Part shown: piece after piece, positions 35,167-45,206 of the stretch
How the letters are laid out: the number at the start of each line of letters is the position of its first letter
Numbering within the stretch: position 1 is the first letter of the stretch
Assembly: GCA_964518215.1 (NCBI GenBank)
Contig: CAZFFP010000005.1
Coordinates: 15,502 to 79,501, forward strand
Length of the DNA: 64,000 bases
DNA from: an uncultured Chitinophagaceae bacterium
Lineage (GTDB): Bacteria; Bacteroidota; Bacteroidia; Chitinophagales; CAIOSU01
Reading direction: 5' to 3'
Translations under genes and position numbers: made by a program
Notes under the pieces: generated by a model
What the model was told of the DNA's origin: nothing
The model's database searches: none
What the model saw: the letters and a program-made list of their open reading frames with translations, nothing else

Positions 35167-36756
35167 TTATATCAATTCATACGCAGGTAAAGTCAAAAAC
35201 TCCACATAATCATCAGATAATACCAATTTGGTAAAAATTTCAATCGCCTCATTGAAGCGACCATTCTCAAATGCTTCAGTTCCAACGTAACTTTTAATAT
35301 TTTCAATTTCTGAAGGCAAAATCTCATTGTATAGTTCTGCGCTAATCAATCTTCCATCTTCCAACTTCGATTTATTTCTAATCCACTGCCACACTTGTGT
35401 TCTTGAAATTTCAGCAGTAGCAGCATCTTCCATTAAGTTGTGCAAGGCAGCAGCACCTACACCACGCAACCAACTTTCCACATATAAAATACCTACATTG
35501 ATATTCATACGTAATCCCGCTTCAGTAATCGTTCCGGCAGGAGCAGTCAATAAATCTTTTTGAGTTATTACATCACCTTCACGCTTTACATTAATTTGGT
35601 TAAGCGTAGGCATGTGTTCGTTGAAGATATCCATTGCCACTTGCACCAAGCCCGGATGTGCAACCCAAGTACCATCGTGCCCGTTTTTCACTTCGCGTAA
35701 TTTATCTTGCTTCACTTTGTCGATAGCAGCGTTGTTTGCCGCTTCATTATTTTTAATAGGAATAAATGCAGCCATACCGCCCATTGCGTGAACATTACGC
35801 TTGTGGCAAGTTTGAATTACCAAACGAGAATAGGCATCCATAAATGGCACTCCCATCGTAACCTGACCTCTATCGGGCAAAACATAACCTTCCAAATTTC
35901 TTAACTTCTTAATGTAGCTGAAAATATAATCCCAACGACCGCAGTTTAAGCCGCAAGAGTGTTCTCTTAATTCATATAAAAACTCGTGCAATTCAAATGT
36001 AGCAGTGATGGTTTCAATTAAGCAGGTAGCTTTAATAGTGCCTTGCGGAATACCCACATAATTTTGGGCAAACACAAAAACATCATTCCAAAGGCGAGCC
36101 TCTAAGTGACTTTCCATTTTAGGTAAATAGAAATAAGGTCCTGATCCATTGGCAATTAGCTGCTTCGCATTATGGAAAAAATACAAGCCGAAATCAGTCA
36201 ATGAGCCCGAAGCTACATCGCCATCAATCCATATATTTTTCTCTACCAAATGCCAACCACGAGGGCGAACTAAAAGCGTAGCAATTTTTTCATTCAGCTT
36301 ATATTCTTTACCCGCTTCGTTTTTAAACGAAATAGTTTTGCGGTTAGCATCGCGCAGGTTTATTTGTCCTGAAATATTGTTGTCCCAGGTGGGAGCATTA
36401 GAATCTTCAAAATCGGCCATGAACACTTTTGCACCGCTATTCAAAGCGTTGATAATCATTTTGCGGTCAACCGGACCGGTAATTTCTACTCTGCGGTCTT
36501 GCAAATCGGCAGGCAGCGGAGCTACAGTCCATTCGCTTTCTCTTATTTCTTTTGTTTCAGGCAAAAAATCGGGCAAATTGCCTGCATCTATGCTGCGTTG
36601 CTTTTCTTCTCTATTTTGCAACAGTTCCTTTCTGCGGGCATTAAAACGTTCATGCAACTGACTCACAAACTCCATGGCTTCAGGAGTCAGTATTTCAGCA
36701 TATTCTGGACTTACATTAGCTTTAAATTCTATCTTGGATGTAGCGGATTGGGACAC
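35167..36756 (-). CDS. aceB: Malate synthase A
   Basis: 529 aa. Colinear with MS-A: ..ITGPVDRKMIINALNSGA..FMADFEDS.., ..RPRGWHL.., ..GLNCGRWDYIFS.., ..HDGTWVAHPGLV... Confidence 0.95.
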   Translation of the reverse strand: MSQSATSKIEFKANVSPEYAEILTPEAMEFVSQLHERFNARRKELLQNREEKQRSIDAGNLPDFLPETKEIRESEWTVAPLPADLQDRRVEITGPVDRKMIINALNSGAKVFMADFEDSNAPTWDNNISGQINLRDANRKTISFKNEAGKEYKLNEKIATLLVRPRGWHLVEKNIWIDGDVASGSLTDFGLYFFHNAKQLIANGSGPYFYLPKMESHLEARLWNDVFVFAQNYVGIPQGTIKATCLIETITATFELHEFLYELREHSCGLNCGRWDYIFSYIKKLRNLEGYVLPDRGQVTMGVPFMDAYSRLVIQTCHKRNVHAMGGMAAFIPIKNNEAANNAAIDKVKQDKLREVKNGHDGTWVAHPGLVQVAMDIFNEHMPTLNQINVKREGDVITQKDLLTAPAGTITEAGLRMNINVGILYVESWLRGVGAAALHNLMEDAATAEISRTQVWQWIRNKSKLEDGRLISAELYNEILPSEIENIKSYVGTEAFENGRFNEAIEIFTKLVLSDDYVEFLTLPAYELI

Positions 36757-36897
36757 GATTCTTAATTTTAATGAACAATTTTGAAAAGAGAGTGCAAAAG
36801 TAAGTTTTTTTAGGGTAAAAATTGATATTTACTGACGATTTCAAAAGACAATCATACCTTTATCCACATTACATTAAGATTTTAACAGAAAAATTTT

Positions 36898-37269
36898 ATG
36901 ACTACTCAAAGTAACAAAATCATGCAGGCTCAGTTGAAAACAGAAGAATTACTGATGTTTTGCGCCACACTCATATTGTATCCAAGCCTGAATTATTCGT
37001 GGTGGTGGTTTGCGGCATTAATTCTTGTGCCCGACATAGGAATGATAGGTTATTTGTTCAATAATCAAATAGGAGCCATTACCTATAATATTACTCATAA
37101 TAAGGGTATTGCTTTGGTGGTAGGGATTTTCGGATATTTTTCAGGCAGTTATCTGCTCTTGCTGGCGGGACTTATTATGTTCAGCCATGCTTCTATGGAC
37201 CGAATATTCGGCTTCGGATTGAAATACCCCGATAGTTTTAAGCATACGCATTTAGACCAACTGAAATGA
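36898..37269 (+). CDS. DUF4260-type small membrane protein
   Basis: 123 aa with three or four TM segments. ..LVPDIGMIGYL..AITYNITHNK..SHASMDRIFGFGLKYPDSFKHTHL fits the DUF4260 pattern as I recall it. Confidence 0.6.
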   Translation: MTTQSNKIMQAQLKTEELLMFCATLILYPSLNYSWWWFAALILVPDIGMIGYLFNNQIGAITYNITHNKGIALVVGIFGYFSGSYLLLLAGLIMFSHASMDRIFGFGLKYPDSFKHTHLDQLK

Positions 37270-37314
37270 ATCATATATTGGAGTAAAATTTGTTTGCAAC
37301 ATAAAAACACAAAT

Positions 37315-38181
37315 CTAAACTCTTGTTCTGCCTATGTTACCAATGTATATCATGAGTATTACTGCCGGAAACATAATAATGCTATAAATTGCCGAAGGAA
37401 TAGTCATTGTGGAGTTTTGTAAAATACCAGCAGCTATGGCAATGCCTAAAGTGCCATTTACTATTCCCACTTCCACTCCAACTGTAACAGCCTGTTGTTT
37501 GTTGCCTGTAAAAATTTTGGTAATTAAATAACCCAACAACATTCCAGAAAAGTTGAGTAACAACGCTACCGGTCCTGCCTTTTTGAAAAAGTCTAACAGG
37601 CTATCTTTTTCTTTTAAAAGTGCCGCTAAAATTATGAGAACCAAAAACAACGCAGAAACAATTTTCACTGATTTTTCAGATTTTTTAGAAAAATCAGGAA
37701 AGCGCTTGTTCACCAACATACCAATAATTACAGGTATCACCGTAATGATAAGAATCTGAGCTATAGTTTTCAGAAATGGCAATTTGATTTCTTTAGATTC
37801 GCCCATGAACTGCACCAATCCGAAATTCACCATGAGCGGTATGGTGAAAACCGTAATCATGCTTGCAATAGCAGTGAGAGTGATAGATAAGGCTACATCA
37901 CCTTTAGCTAAATTGGTAATGAGATTAGTTGTGGCTCCTCCCGGGCAAGCCGCGAGCAAAACAAAACCCACTGCCAATTCGGGCTGTAACGGAAAAGCGA
38001 AGAGAATACCGAAAGTTAGCATGGGAATAAACAACAATTTGAGCACAATACCCACCGCCACCGCTTTAGGAAACAACAATACCCTTCTGAAATCTTCAGG
38101 AAACAAAGAAAGTCCCATACCCATCATTATAATAAAAAGCGCTAAGGGCAAAAGTATTTGCGTAATAAGGTCTGCTTGCAT
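37315..38181 (-). CDS. Bile acid:sodium symporter (BASS/SBF) family transporter
   Basis: 288 aa and polytopic. Motif LLAACPGGATTNLITNLAKGDVALSITLTAIAS. Confidence 0.8.
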   Translation of the reverse strand: MQADLITQILLPLALFIIMMGMGLSLFPEDFRRVLLFPKAVAVGIVLKLLFIPMLTFGILFAFPLQPELAVGFVLLAACPGGATTNLITNLAKGDVALSITLTAIASMITVFTIPLMVNFGLVQFMGESKEIKLPFLKTIAQILIITVIPVIIGMLVNKRFPDFSKKSEKSVKIVSALFLVLIILAALLKEKDSLLDFFKKAGPVALLLNFSGMLLGYLITKIFTGNKQQAVTVGVEVGIVNGTLGIAIAAGILQNSTMTIPSAIYSIIMFPAVILMIYIGNIGRTRV

Positions 38182-38304
38182 AAAAAAATTTTAAGAAAAA
38201 CATTTTAGCTTTTGGGCTGCTATGCTTGGAATCTGCGAAGATTTTTTTTTGAAAAATGTTTATTTCTAATCCCTATGTTTTTTCTTTAGAATTCTCCCGG
38301 ATTT

Positions 38305-38871
38305 TTAAATCCCCAGCAACCCTTTCTTTAAATTTTCATCTACCGGACTATCTGAAAGCCAAATACCAATAAGTGCCTTCTTGAAATCTTCGCCTTCAAT
38401 GGTTCCGAGAAACTTTCCGTTTTTGTAGGTTTTAACGCCTTCGCCTGGCAAATACCAAATATCGAACAGATGTCCTTCTTTAATTTCTTCTTTTGAGAAG
38501 AAAGCCATGAAAGCATCAATTTTCTTTTGAATAGGAGCAGTGTTGCCTTTGGTAGATTTGTTAAACCCTTCGCTGATAGATTCGCTCATATTGCTACTGC
38601 TAACCACGCTTGAGGTAATTTGCAGACGAATGGCATAAGGCTTATCGGTATTGATAATTTGCTGCGCGTTTTTATTTTTTTCAGGCAAGTATAGTCCGGC
38701 AACATATACTTTAAAAAACGCTTTTTTTCTGATGCCTCCACCATTCAATACTAAAGACGTTTTTTCATGGGTGATTTTGGCAGGAAGTTCAACGCTGTTG
38801 AGCGTTATTTGTGCAGAAGCAGAAAAGGCTGTCGCAACATAAATGATGATTGCAAAAACGGTTGATTTCAT
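38305..38871 (-). CDS. Chalcone-isomerase-like (Chalcone_3) periplasmic protein
   Basis: 188 aa with a signal peptide. LNGGGIRKKAFFKVYVAGLYLPEK ... FKKALIGIWLSDSPVDENLKKGLLG. Confidence 0.65.
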   Translation of the reverse strand: MKSTVFAIIIYVATAFSASAQITLNSVELPAKITHEKTSLVLNGGGIRKKAFFKVYVAGLYLPEKNKNAQQIINTDKPYAIRLQITSSVVSSSNMSESISEGFNKSTKGNTAPIQKKIDAFMAFFSKEEIKEGHLFDIWYLPGEGVKTYKNGKFLGTIEGEDFKKALIGIWLSDSPVDENLKKGLLGI

Positions 38872-38923
38872 AATATTGCATGAGTTTTAATTCTGAAAAA
38901 TAAACTTTATTTTACTAAATTCA

Positions 38924-40327
38924 TTACATCTGAAGCGTTTTACCTGTCCATGCGGCATAGCAGGCTTCTTTGAACGCTTCGGTGTAGGTGGGATGCGCGT
39001 GCGACATACGCACAATGTCTTCTGCCGATGCCCTGAACTCCATAGCAGTAACAGCCTCGGCAATTAAATCGGCAATACGGGGACCCATCATTTGTACGCC
39101 TAAAATTTCATCGGTTTCTTTGTGTGAAAGCACTTTTACAAAACCCTCGCTTTCCATGGCTGCACGGGCGCGACCACTGGCTTTAAATGGAAAACTACCC
39201 GATTTGTAAGGAATGTTTTTTTCTTTCAATTGCTGCTCGGTATATCCCACACCCGCCACTTCGGGCCAAGTGTAAACCACTCCCGGAACTAACAGATAAT
39301 TGATGTGCGGATGCTGACCTGCCAAAACTTCAGCAACAAAAAAACCTTCGTCTTCGGCTTTGTGCGCCAACATGGCTCCGTCAATTACATCGCCAATGGC
39401 ATACACTCCCGGCACCGATGTTTCCAATTTTTCATTCACCGGAATTTTTCCGCGTTGGTCGGTTTTCACGCCAATATTTTCCAAACCTAATCCATCGGTG
39501 TAGGCTTTGCGCCCAACCGCCACCAAACAGTAATCGCCTTTCAATTCAAGAGGCTTGCCGTCTTTACCTTCGGCTTTTACAGTAACCGTTTTTCCTTTTG
39601 TAGTTACTTCCTGCACTTTTTGTCCTAAATGAAATTCAATACCGATTTTCTCCAGCGATTTTTTAAGCTCTTTGCCTAAATCGGCATCCATGCCTGCTAT
39701 GATGCTGTCCATGTATTCTACCACCGAAACTTTAGAGCCGATACGGGCAAACACAGAAGCCATCTCCACTCCTATTACACCGCCTCCTATCACTATCAAA
39801 TTCTTGGGAACTTCGGTAAGCGTGAGCGCTTCGGTGGAAGTGATGATGCGTTGCTTATCAATGGTAATTCCGGGCAATGATGAGGGTTTGGAGCCGGTGG
39901 CTATAATCACCTTTTCGGTTTCGATTTCCTGCACTTTTCCTGCATTGTCGGTAACGGTAATTTTATTTTTGGCAACAAAACTTCCTGTGCCGTGAAACAC
40001 ATCAATTTTGTTTTTCTTCATTAAAAATTTGATGCCTTCAGTATTTTGTTGCACCACACCGTCTTTGCGGCTCACCATTTGTTTCCAGTTCAGTTTTAAA
40101 CCTGCAACATCAATACCGTGATCTTTAAATTTGTTTTGCGCCAAATAAAAATGTTCTGTAGAATCAAGTAAAGCCTTTGATGGAATGCAGCCCACATTGG
40201 TGCAGGTGCCGCCCAACACTTCGTATTTTTCTATAATGGCGGTTTTCATACCTAATTGCGCACAACGAATGGCGGCAATATATCCACCGGGACCGGAACC
40301 TATCACTGTAACATTATAAGAAGACAT
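38924..40327 (-). CDS. lpdA: Dihydrolipoyl dehydrogenase (E3)
   Basis: 467 aa. VIGSGPGGY, redox-active GGTCTNVGCIPSK, second NAD fold IGGGVIGVEMASVF, C-terminal HAHPTYTEA. Confidence 0.95.
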   Translation of the reverse strand: MSSYNVTVIGSGPGGYIAAIRCAQLGMKTAIIEKYEVLGGTCTNVGCIPSKALLDSTEHFYLAQNKFKDHGIDVAGLKLNWKQMVSRKDGVVQQNTEGIKFLMKKNKIDVFHGTGSFVAKNKITVTDNAGKVQEIETEKVIIATGSKPSSLPGITIDKQRIITSTEALTLTEVPKNLIVIGGGVIGVEMASVFARIGSKVSVVEYMDSIIAGMDADLGKELKKSLEKIGIEFHLGQKVQEVTTKGKTVTVKAEGKDGKPLELKGDYCLVAVGRKAYTDGLGLENIGVKTDQRGKIPVNEKLETSVPGVYAIGDVIDGAMLAHKAEDEGFFVAEVLAGQHPHINYLLVPGVVYTWPEVAGVGYTEQQLKEKNIPYKSGSFPFKASGRARAAMESEGFVKVLSHKETDEILGVQMMGPRIADLIAEAVTAMEFRASAEDIVRMSHAHPTYTEAFKEACYAAWTGKTLQM

Positions 40328-40668
40328 AATCTGCTGAATTTTCTAAAAAAAATATGGAAGTGCGAAAATACGGCTAACCAATAGGATTATGAAAATTTTT
40401 CTGCAATCAGTGTTACGTCAAAAATCTGACGGACTGATGCAGTCAAAAAGTTTCACATAAATATTTTACGGCTAAGCTCTAATAAAAACAGCATCTTTCT
40501 TAAACAATTGATAAAGGTTATAAGCTGTATTTGAAAACAATACAGCGTAGAACTATTGCATAGCTTAATTTACAGTTCATTCATTTCTTCACCATAAGCA
40601 TACCAATTCAGATAGTTTTGGAGGCATTTACTACTTTGCCCTATGGAATCGTGTAAGAAAATCTCTGA

Positions 40669-41196
40669 GTTGTCTATACTTGCTGTTCAGATTCGGCAGT
40701 GGTTAGGGTTGCGCTGACCCGCTTCAACATCAACACTTCTCAAAGAGATACCGTAGGATATGGCGTTAAAAAATTAGGACCCGAAGCAGATTACATCGCT
40801 TTCAGCGTAACGATAAATGAACTTAGTTCTTTAATGCCCGATACGGTTTCAGTGAAACTTGAATCGAGCGAAAACGGTTTTTGCAATCCGCAAGGCAATA
40901 CTACCTGTCTGTATTTTTATATTGATGATATTGAGTTGACCGATATTGAAACCGGAATCAAAGAAAGTCTTTCATTGCTTCCAAAGCTGAAAGTGTTTCC
41001 CAATCCTGCCAACAACTAAATTCAAATTCAATCATTGAGCAATACCGAACTGATGATAATGGATGTTCAGGGAAAAATCCTATGGAAATCTGAAGAAGCA
41101 TCTGAACTCCATACCACAGTAAAAATTAGTGAATTTCCTTCGGGAATATATTTGTTGAAAGCAGGCAATGAAGTGCAAAGGTTTGTGAAGCAATGA
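40669..41196 (+). pseudogene. 3' remnant of a T9SS-secreted protein gene (N-terminally truncated, in-frame TAA inside the sorting domain)
   Basis: The frame opens only at 40669 with no signal peptide or proper start. It reads ..LYFYIDDIELTD..LKVFPNPANN*IQIQSLSNTELMIMDVQGKILWKSEE..FPSGIYLLKAGNEVQRFVKQ*. The TAA at 41017-41019 interrupts an otherwise typical T9SS CTD. Confidence 0.6.
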
Positions 41197-41242
41197 TACA
41201 ATTCAAGTTTGAAATCTCATCTCATACCATAACTTTGCCTGC

Positions 41243-42727
41243 ATGAAAAAAATATTAGTTGCCAATCGCGGAGAAATTGCCTTGCGGGTCATGCGCACCG
41301 CTAAAGAAATGGGAATTAAAACCGTTGCCGTTTATTCTGAAGCCGACCGCCATGCGCCTCACGTGCGCTTTGCCGATGAGGCGGTGCTGTTGGGTCCGCC
41401 TCCTTCCAATCAATCGTATTTATTGGCAGATAAAATAATTGAAGCCGCCTTGAACTTAGGCGTTGACGGCATTCATCCGGGCTATGGCTTTCTATCGGAA
41501 AATGAAATTTTTTCGCAAAAAGTAGCCGATGCGGGAATAACATTTATCGGACCATCGCCCTATTCCATCAATATTATGGGCAATAAAATCAGCGCTAAAG
41601 AAGCGGTGAAACCTTTCGGCATTCCTCTGGTTCCCGGAACTGCCGAGGCTATTCATGATGTTGCCAAAGCCAAAAAAATTGCCCAAGAAATCGGATTTCC
41701 CGTTTTGCTGAAAGCTGCCGCAGGCGGTGGTGGTAAAGGTATGCGCACGGTAGAAAAAACCGAAGATTTTGAAAGCCAGATGGAGCGCGCTTCGAGCGAA
41801 GCTTTGGCTGCCTTTGGCGATGGTTCTGTTTTTATAGAAAAATTCATCCTGAATCCGCGACATATTGAAATACAGGTGTTGGCAGATAATCATGACAACT
41901 GTGTGTATCTGTTTGAGCGCGAATGTTCCATTCAACGCAGGCATCAGAAATTAGTGGAAGAAGCGCCTTCGAGCGTGCTGACTCCCGAAGTGAGAAAGCA
42001 AATGGGCGAGGCTGCCGTGCTGGTTGCAAAAGCCGCCAAATATAGTGGTGCCGGAACGGTGGAGTTTCTGGTGGACGAGCAACTTCATTTTTATTTTCTT
42101 GAAATGAATACCCGCCTGCAAGTGGAGCACCCAGTTACAGAAATGATTACAGGCATTGATTTGGTGCGCGAACAAATTCAAATTGCCAAAGGCGAACAAC
42201 TCAGCTTTGCACAGGAAGATTTAGCCATCAATGGTCATTCGATAGAGTTGCGCATTTGCACCGAAGACCCTGCCAATAATTTTTTGCCCGACACAGGAAC
42301 ACTCACCACCTATCGTCCGCCTTCGGGCAATGGCGTGCGTGTGGACGATGGCTTTGAAGAAGGCATGGAAGTGCCCATTTACTACGACCCCATGATTGCC
42401 AAATTGGTAGTTCATGCGCCCACTCGCGAGGCGGCAATGGATAAAATGATTCGCGCTATTTCAGAGTATCGCATCAGCGGCATAAAAACCACGCTTGATT
42501 TTGGCAAGTGGGTGATGCGGCAACCCGATTTCAGAAGCGGCAATTTCGATACGGGTTTTATCGGTAAACATTTCAAGCCCGAAGAACTATTTGAAGGCAA
42601 CGAAGAAGAAGCTTTGCTTGCTGCGCTGTTAGCAGTGAAATTGTTCGACAAGAAATCTAAAAGTGTCCTTTCAGAAAGCAATGCCACCAATAAGTCGAAG
42701 TGGAAAGAACATAGATTGAGAGACTGA
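41243..42727 (+). CDS. accC: Biotin carboxylase subunit of an acyl-CoA carboxylase
   Basis: 494 aa. MKKILVANRGEIALRVMRT, GYGFLSEN, ATP-grasp GGGGKGMR, NTRLQVEHPVTE. There is no adjacent BCCP or carboxyltransferase gene, so the substrate is not assignable. Confidence 0.85.
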   Translation: MKKILVANRGEIALRVMRTAKEMGIKTVAVYSEADRHAPHVRFADEAVLLGPPPSNQSYLLADKIIEAALNLGVDGIHPGYGFLSENEIFSQKVADAGITFIGPSPYSINIMGNKISAKEAVKPFGIPLVPGTAEAIHDVAKAKKIAQEIGFPVLLKAAAGGGGKGMRTVEKTEDFESQMERASSEALAAFGDGSVFIEKFILNPRHIEIQVLADNHDNCVYLFERECSIQRRHQKLVEEAPSSVLTPEVRKQMGEAAVLVAKAAKYSGAGTVEFLVDEQLHFYFLEMNTRLQVEHPVTEMITGIDLVREQIQIAKGEQLSFAQEDLAINGHSIELRICTEDPANNFLPDTGTLTTYRPPSGNGVRVDDGFEEGMEVPIYYDPMIAKLVVHAPTREAAMDKMIRAISEYRISGIKTTLDFGKWVMRQPDFRSGNFDTGFIGKHFKPEELFEGNEEEALLAALLAVKLFDKKSKSVLSESNATNKSKWKEHRLRD

Positions 42728-42812
42728 TACACTTCTGCCAAGAAAACATGAGGAGAAATCTGCAAAATACTTTTCTCCGATTCAAATTCGTTAATGGTCG
42801 AAAACCTCGACC

Positions 42813-43652
42813 ATGAAAACGTTGCCATTCATTTTTACTTTCCTTTTGTTTTGTTCCATTGCATTCTGCATCAGCATTGAAGAGGCTTACACAAAAGGAT
42901 TGGTCGAATACGAAATCAAAGGCACTTCCGAAGGACACACGGGTGCATGTATAGCCGTGCATTTGAAAAATATTAGTGCCGCCCCCGTGAATCTCGAAAT
43001 TGAAACGGGCAGAATATTGGAAGCAGCCGATTCTAATTATCAGAACATGCTGGTAACCAAAAGATTTTTTGTGCGCTTGCAACCGGGACAAAAATCTGCT
43101 CAGAATTTATACGCGCTGTGTGCCGAGCCTTCAGATGCCACACCCAACAACTATATTGCATTTGCACATGGAAAAATGTCGGGCGGAGTTTTGTTTTCTA
43201 TGGCAAAGTTTGTTGAAGCGCAAAATCTTCAAAATTCCGAAGGGCAAAATTTAGTGTGGGAAGTGGTAAAAGGTAATTTGACTTTTTCCACCTGCGATTT
43301 AAAGCCTCAAATTTTCGCTTCGCTTAAAACACATTTTGCTTCAGATAAAAATGTGAAGTTTGAAAATTGCAACACGCAAACGACCAATGGAGCAAGTCCC
43401 GCTGTGCAAATAGTAAAAAGATTTTCGGGCAGTTTTGGTTTTTCGCTGTCGCAAGCATCCGATGTGGAAATCAGTTTGTTCGATTCGGAAGGCAACAAAG
43501 TGAAACAATTAGTTTTCAAAAAACAACTGTTTCCCGATTACTACGATTATGAATATCAGTTTACAACTGAGGGTTTGGAGAAAAACAAAACCTACGAACT
43601 GAAACTTCTGATAAACGGAAAGCCTAAACGGGTGCAGTATGTATCGAATTGA
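42813..43652 (+). CDS. Hypothetical secreted protein
   Basis: 279 aa. N-terminal hydrophobic signal MKTLPFIFTFLLFCSIAFC. No motif I recognise. Confidence 0.5.
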   Translation: MKTLPFIFTFLLFCSIAFCISIEEAYTKGLVEYEIKGTSEGHTGACIAVHLKNISAAPVNLEIETGRILEAADSNYQNMLVTKRFFVRLQPGQKSAQNLYALCAEPSDATPNNYIAFAHGKMSGGVLFSMAKFVEAQNLQNSEGQNLVWEVVKGNLTFSTCDLKPQIFASLKTHFASDKNVKFENCNTQTTNGASPAVQIVKRFSGSFGFSLSQASDVEISLFDSEGNKVKQLVFKKQLFPDYYDYEYQFTTEGLEKNKTYELKLLINGKPKRVQYVSN

Positions 43653-43655
43653 AAA

Positions 43656-44273
43656 TTATTTCATTGACACTTTCAACAACGAATAAATTTCCCTTCCATT
43701 CAATTGCTTCACAGTTCCCGGCTTTACAATACTATCAGACAAAAAAGTGAGATTGATTTTTTCAATGGCATAACGTACCAAGCGCAAAGTTGGAAAACCA
43801 ACGGCTGCGGTCATACGCCTCACCTGACGATTTTTGCCTTCGTGCAGTTTTAATTCGATAAAAGAAGTAGGAATAAGTTTTCGGTAGCGCACCGGGGGAA
43901 TTCTTTCAGGAAGTATTTCCGGTGGTTCAATTTTCTTCGCCTTGGCAGGCAGCGTGCGATATGGTTTGCCTTCAATACTAATGTTCACCCCGTTGCACAA
44001 TTGTTGAATGGCGGCATCGGTAATGTCGCCATCTACCTGCACCCAATAAACACGCTCGTGGCGCTTGTGCGGATTGAGCAATTGATGATTGAGCCGTTTA
44101 TCATCGGTCAGCAACAACAACCCTTCGCTGTCCATATCCAATCTTCCAACAGGATACACATCAGGAGGAAAAGAATAGATGTCGGCTAAAGTTTTGTGCC
44201 CATGCTGTGGCGTAAACTTTGACACAATTCCGTAAGGCTTGTAAATAATATAGTAGTGATGGGCTTCAGGCAT
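43656..44273 (-). CDS. rluE: 23S rRNA pseudouridine(2457) synthase-like (RsuA family, no S4 domain)
   Basis: 205 aa. YKPYGIVSKF, VGRLDMDSEGLLLLTDD, YWVQVDG, LHEGKNRQVRRMTAAVGFPTLRLVRYAI. Closely colinear with E. coli RluE as I recall it. Confidence 0.8.
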   Translation of the reverse strand: MPEAHHYYIIYKPYGIVSKFTPQHGHKTLADIYSFPPDVYPVGRLDMDSEGLLLLTDDKRLNHQLLNPHKRHERVYWVQVDGDITDAAIQQLCNGVNISIEGKPYRTLPAKAKKIEPPEILPERIPPVRYRKLIPTSFIELKLHEGKNRQVRRMTAAVGFPTLRLVRYAIEKINLTFLSDSIVKPGTVKQLNGREIYSLLKVSMK

Positions 44274-45084
44274 GATTGGTTTTTTGAATCAACTCATTAA
44301 AATACAAGGGCGCTTGCAACAATCTGCTACCATACCACGAAAACATTTCGCCATCCACCAGAATGATTACGGATTTAGAATTTCGGATTTCGGATTTTAA
44401 TTGAGTGATGTGTGTTGACTTAAAAGGATAAGGCTCTGATGAAAGCAAAATCAATTCAGGTTTTGCGTCAATAATTTGTTCTACTGAAATTTCAGGATAA
44501 CGGCTGTCGGCTTGTGCAAAAATATTTTTAAAACCACAACGCAGCAACATATCATGAATGAAAGTGTCTCGATTCACCGTCATGTATGGTTCGCGCCAAA
44601 TGAGATACATTGCGCTTAAACTTTGTGTAGGTGTTTTTATTTGCTGAAAGCGTAATTGAATTTCTTCTAAAATATTTTTAGCGACAGCTTCTTTTCCGGT
44701 AATCGTTCCAATTTGAAGTATCATGTCGAGCGCGTCATCAAGTGTTTTTATATCGCTGAGCCAAACGGGAAATTCGTGCATCAGCGTTTCGATTTGCTGT
44801 TGCTCGTTTTCTTCTTTATTGGCAATAATCAGGTCGGGTTGTAGGGCGCGTATTTTATCGAGATGCAGATGTTTGGTGCCACCTATTTTATTTTTACTTT
44901 GAAACCACTCTCGCGGATGCACACAAAATTTAGTGATACCAAGCACTTCATTATTCAAACCCAAATGGAACAGCAGTTCGGTTTGCGAAGGCACTAAGGA
45001 AATAATTCTTTTCGGAGGAAAAGGAATTTCCACTACCCTACCCATTTGGTCGGTGAAATTTTTGATAGAATTCGCTGATGCCAT
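44266..45084 (-). CDS. BtuF-like (helical-backbone, class III) periplasmic-binding-protein-fold protein without an evident signal peptide
   Basis: 272 aa. RIISLVPSQTELLFHLGL..VLGIT..PDLIIANKEEN are typical cobalamin/siderophore-binding PBP motifs. The N-terminus MASANSIKNFTDQMG has no hydrophobic segment. Its stop overlaps the rluE-like start by 8 nt (ATGCCTGA). Confidence 0.7.
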   Translation of the reverse strand: MASANSIKNFTDQMGRVVEIPFPPKRIISLVPSQTELLFHLGLNNEVLGITKFCVHPREWFQSKNKIGGTKHLHLDKIRALQPDLIIANKEENEQQQIETLMHEFPVWLSDIKTLDDALDMILQIGTITGKEAVAKNILEEIQLRFQQIKTPTQSLSAMYLIWREPYMTVNRDTFIHDMLLRCGFKNIFAQADSRYPEISVEQIIDAKPELILLSSEPYPFKSTHITQLKSEIRNSKSVIILVDGEMFSWYGSRLLQAPLYFNELIQKTNHA

Positions 45085-45206
45085 TTTAATAACGAAGACA
45101 TAAAGTTAGAACCTAAATGCTTTCACGATTTAATAATCACCTAACAAATCGTTCGCATACATAAAACAAGCGAAACACTAACTTCACCCTTCAAATTTCA
45201 TCCTCC

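Noticed and set aside
41316-43091. Cluster of minus-strand ORFs (60-150 aa) opposite accC and the 42813 gene
   Set aside because: All are antisense to well-supported or longer ORFs, and their peptides have skewed, nonsense-like composition.
45085-45206. Cobalamin riboswitch upstream of the BtuF-like gene
   Set aside because: No B12-box-like sequence or extended conserved stems are visible in the 122-nt spacer.
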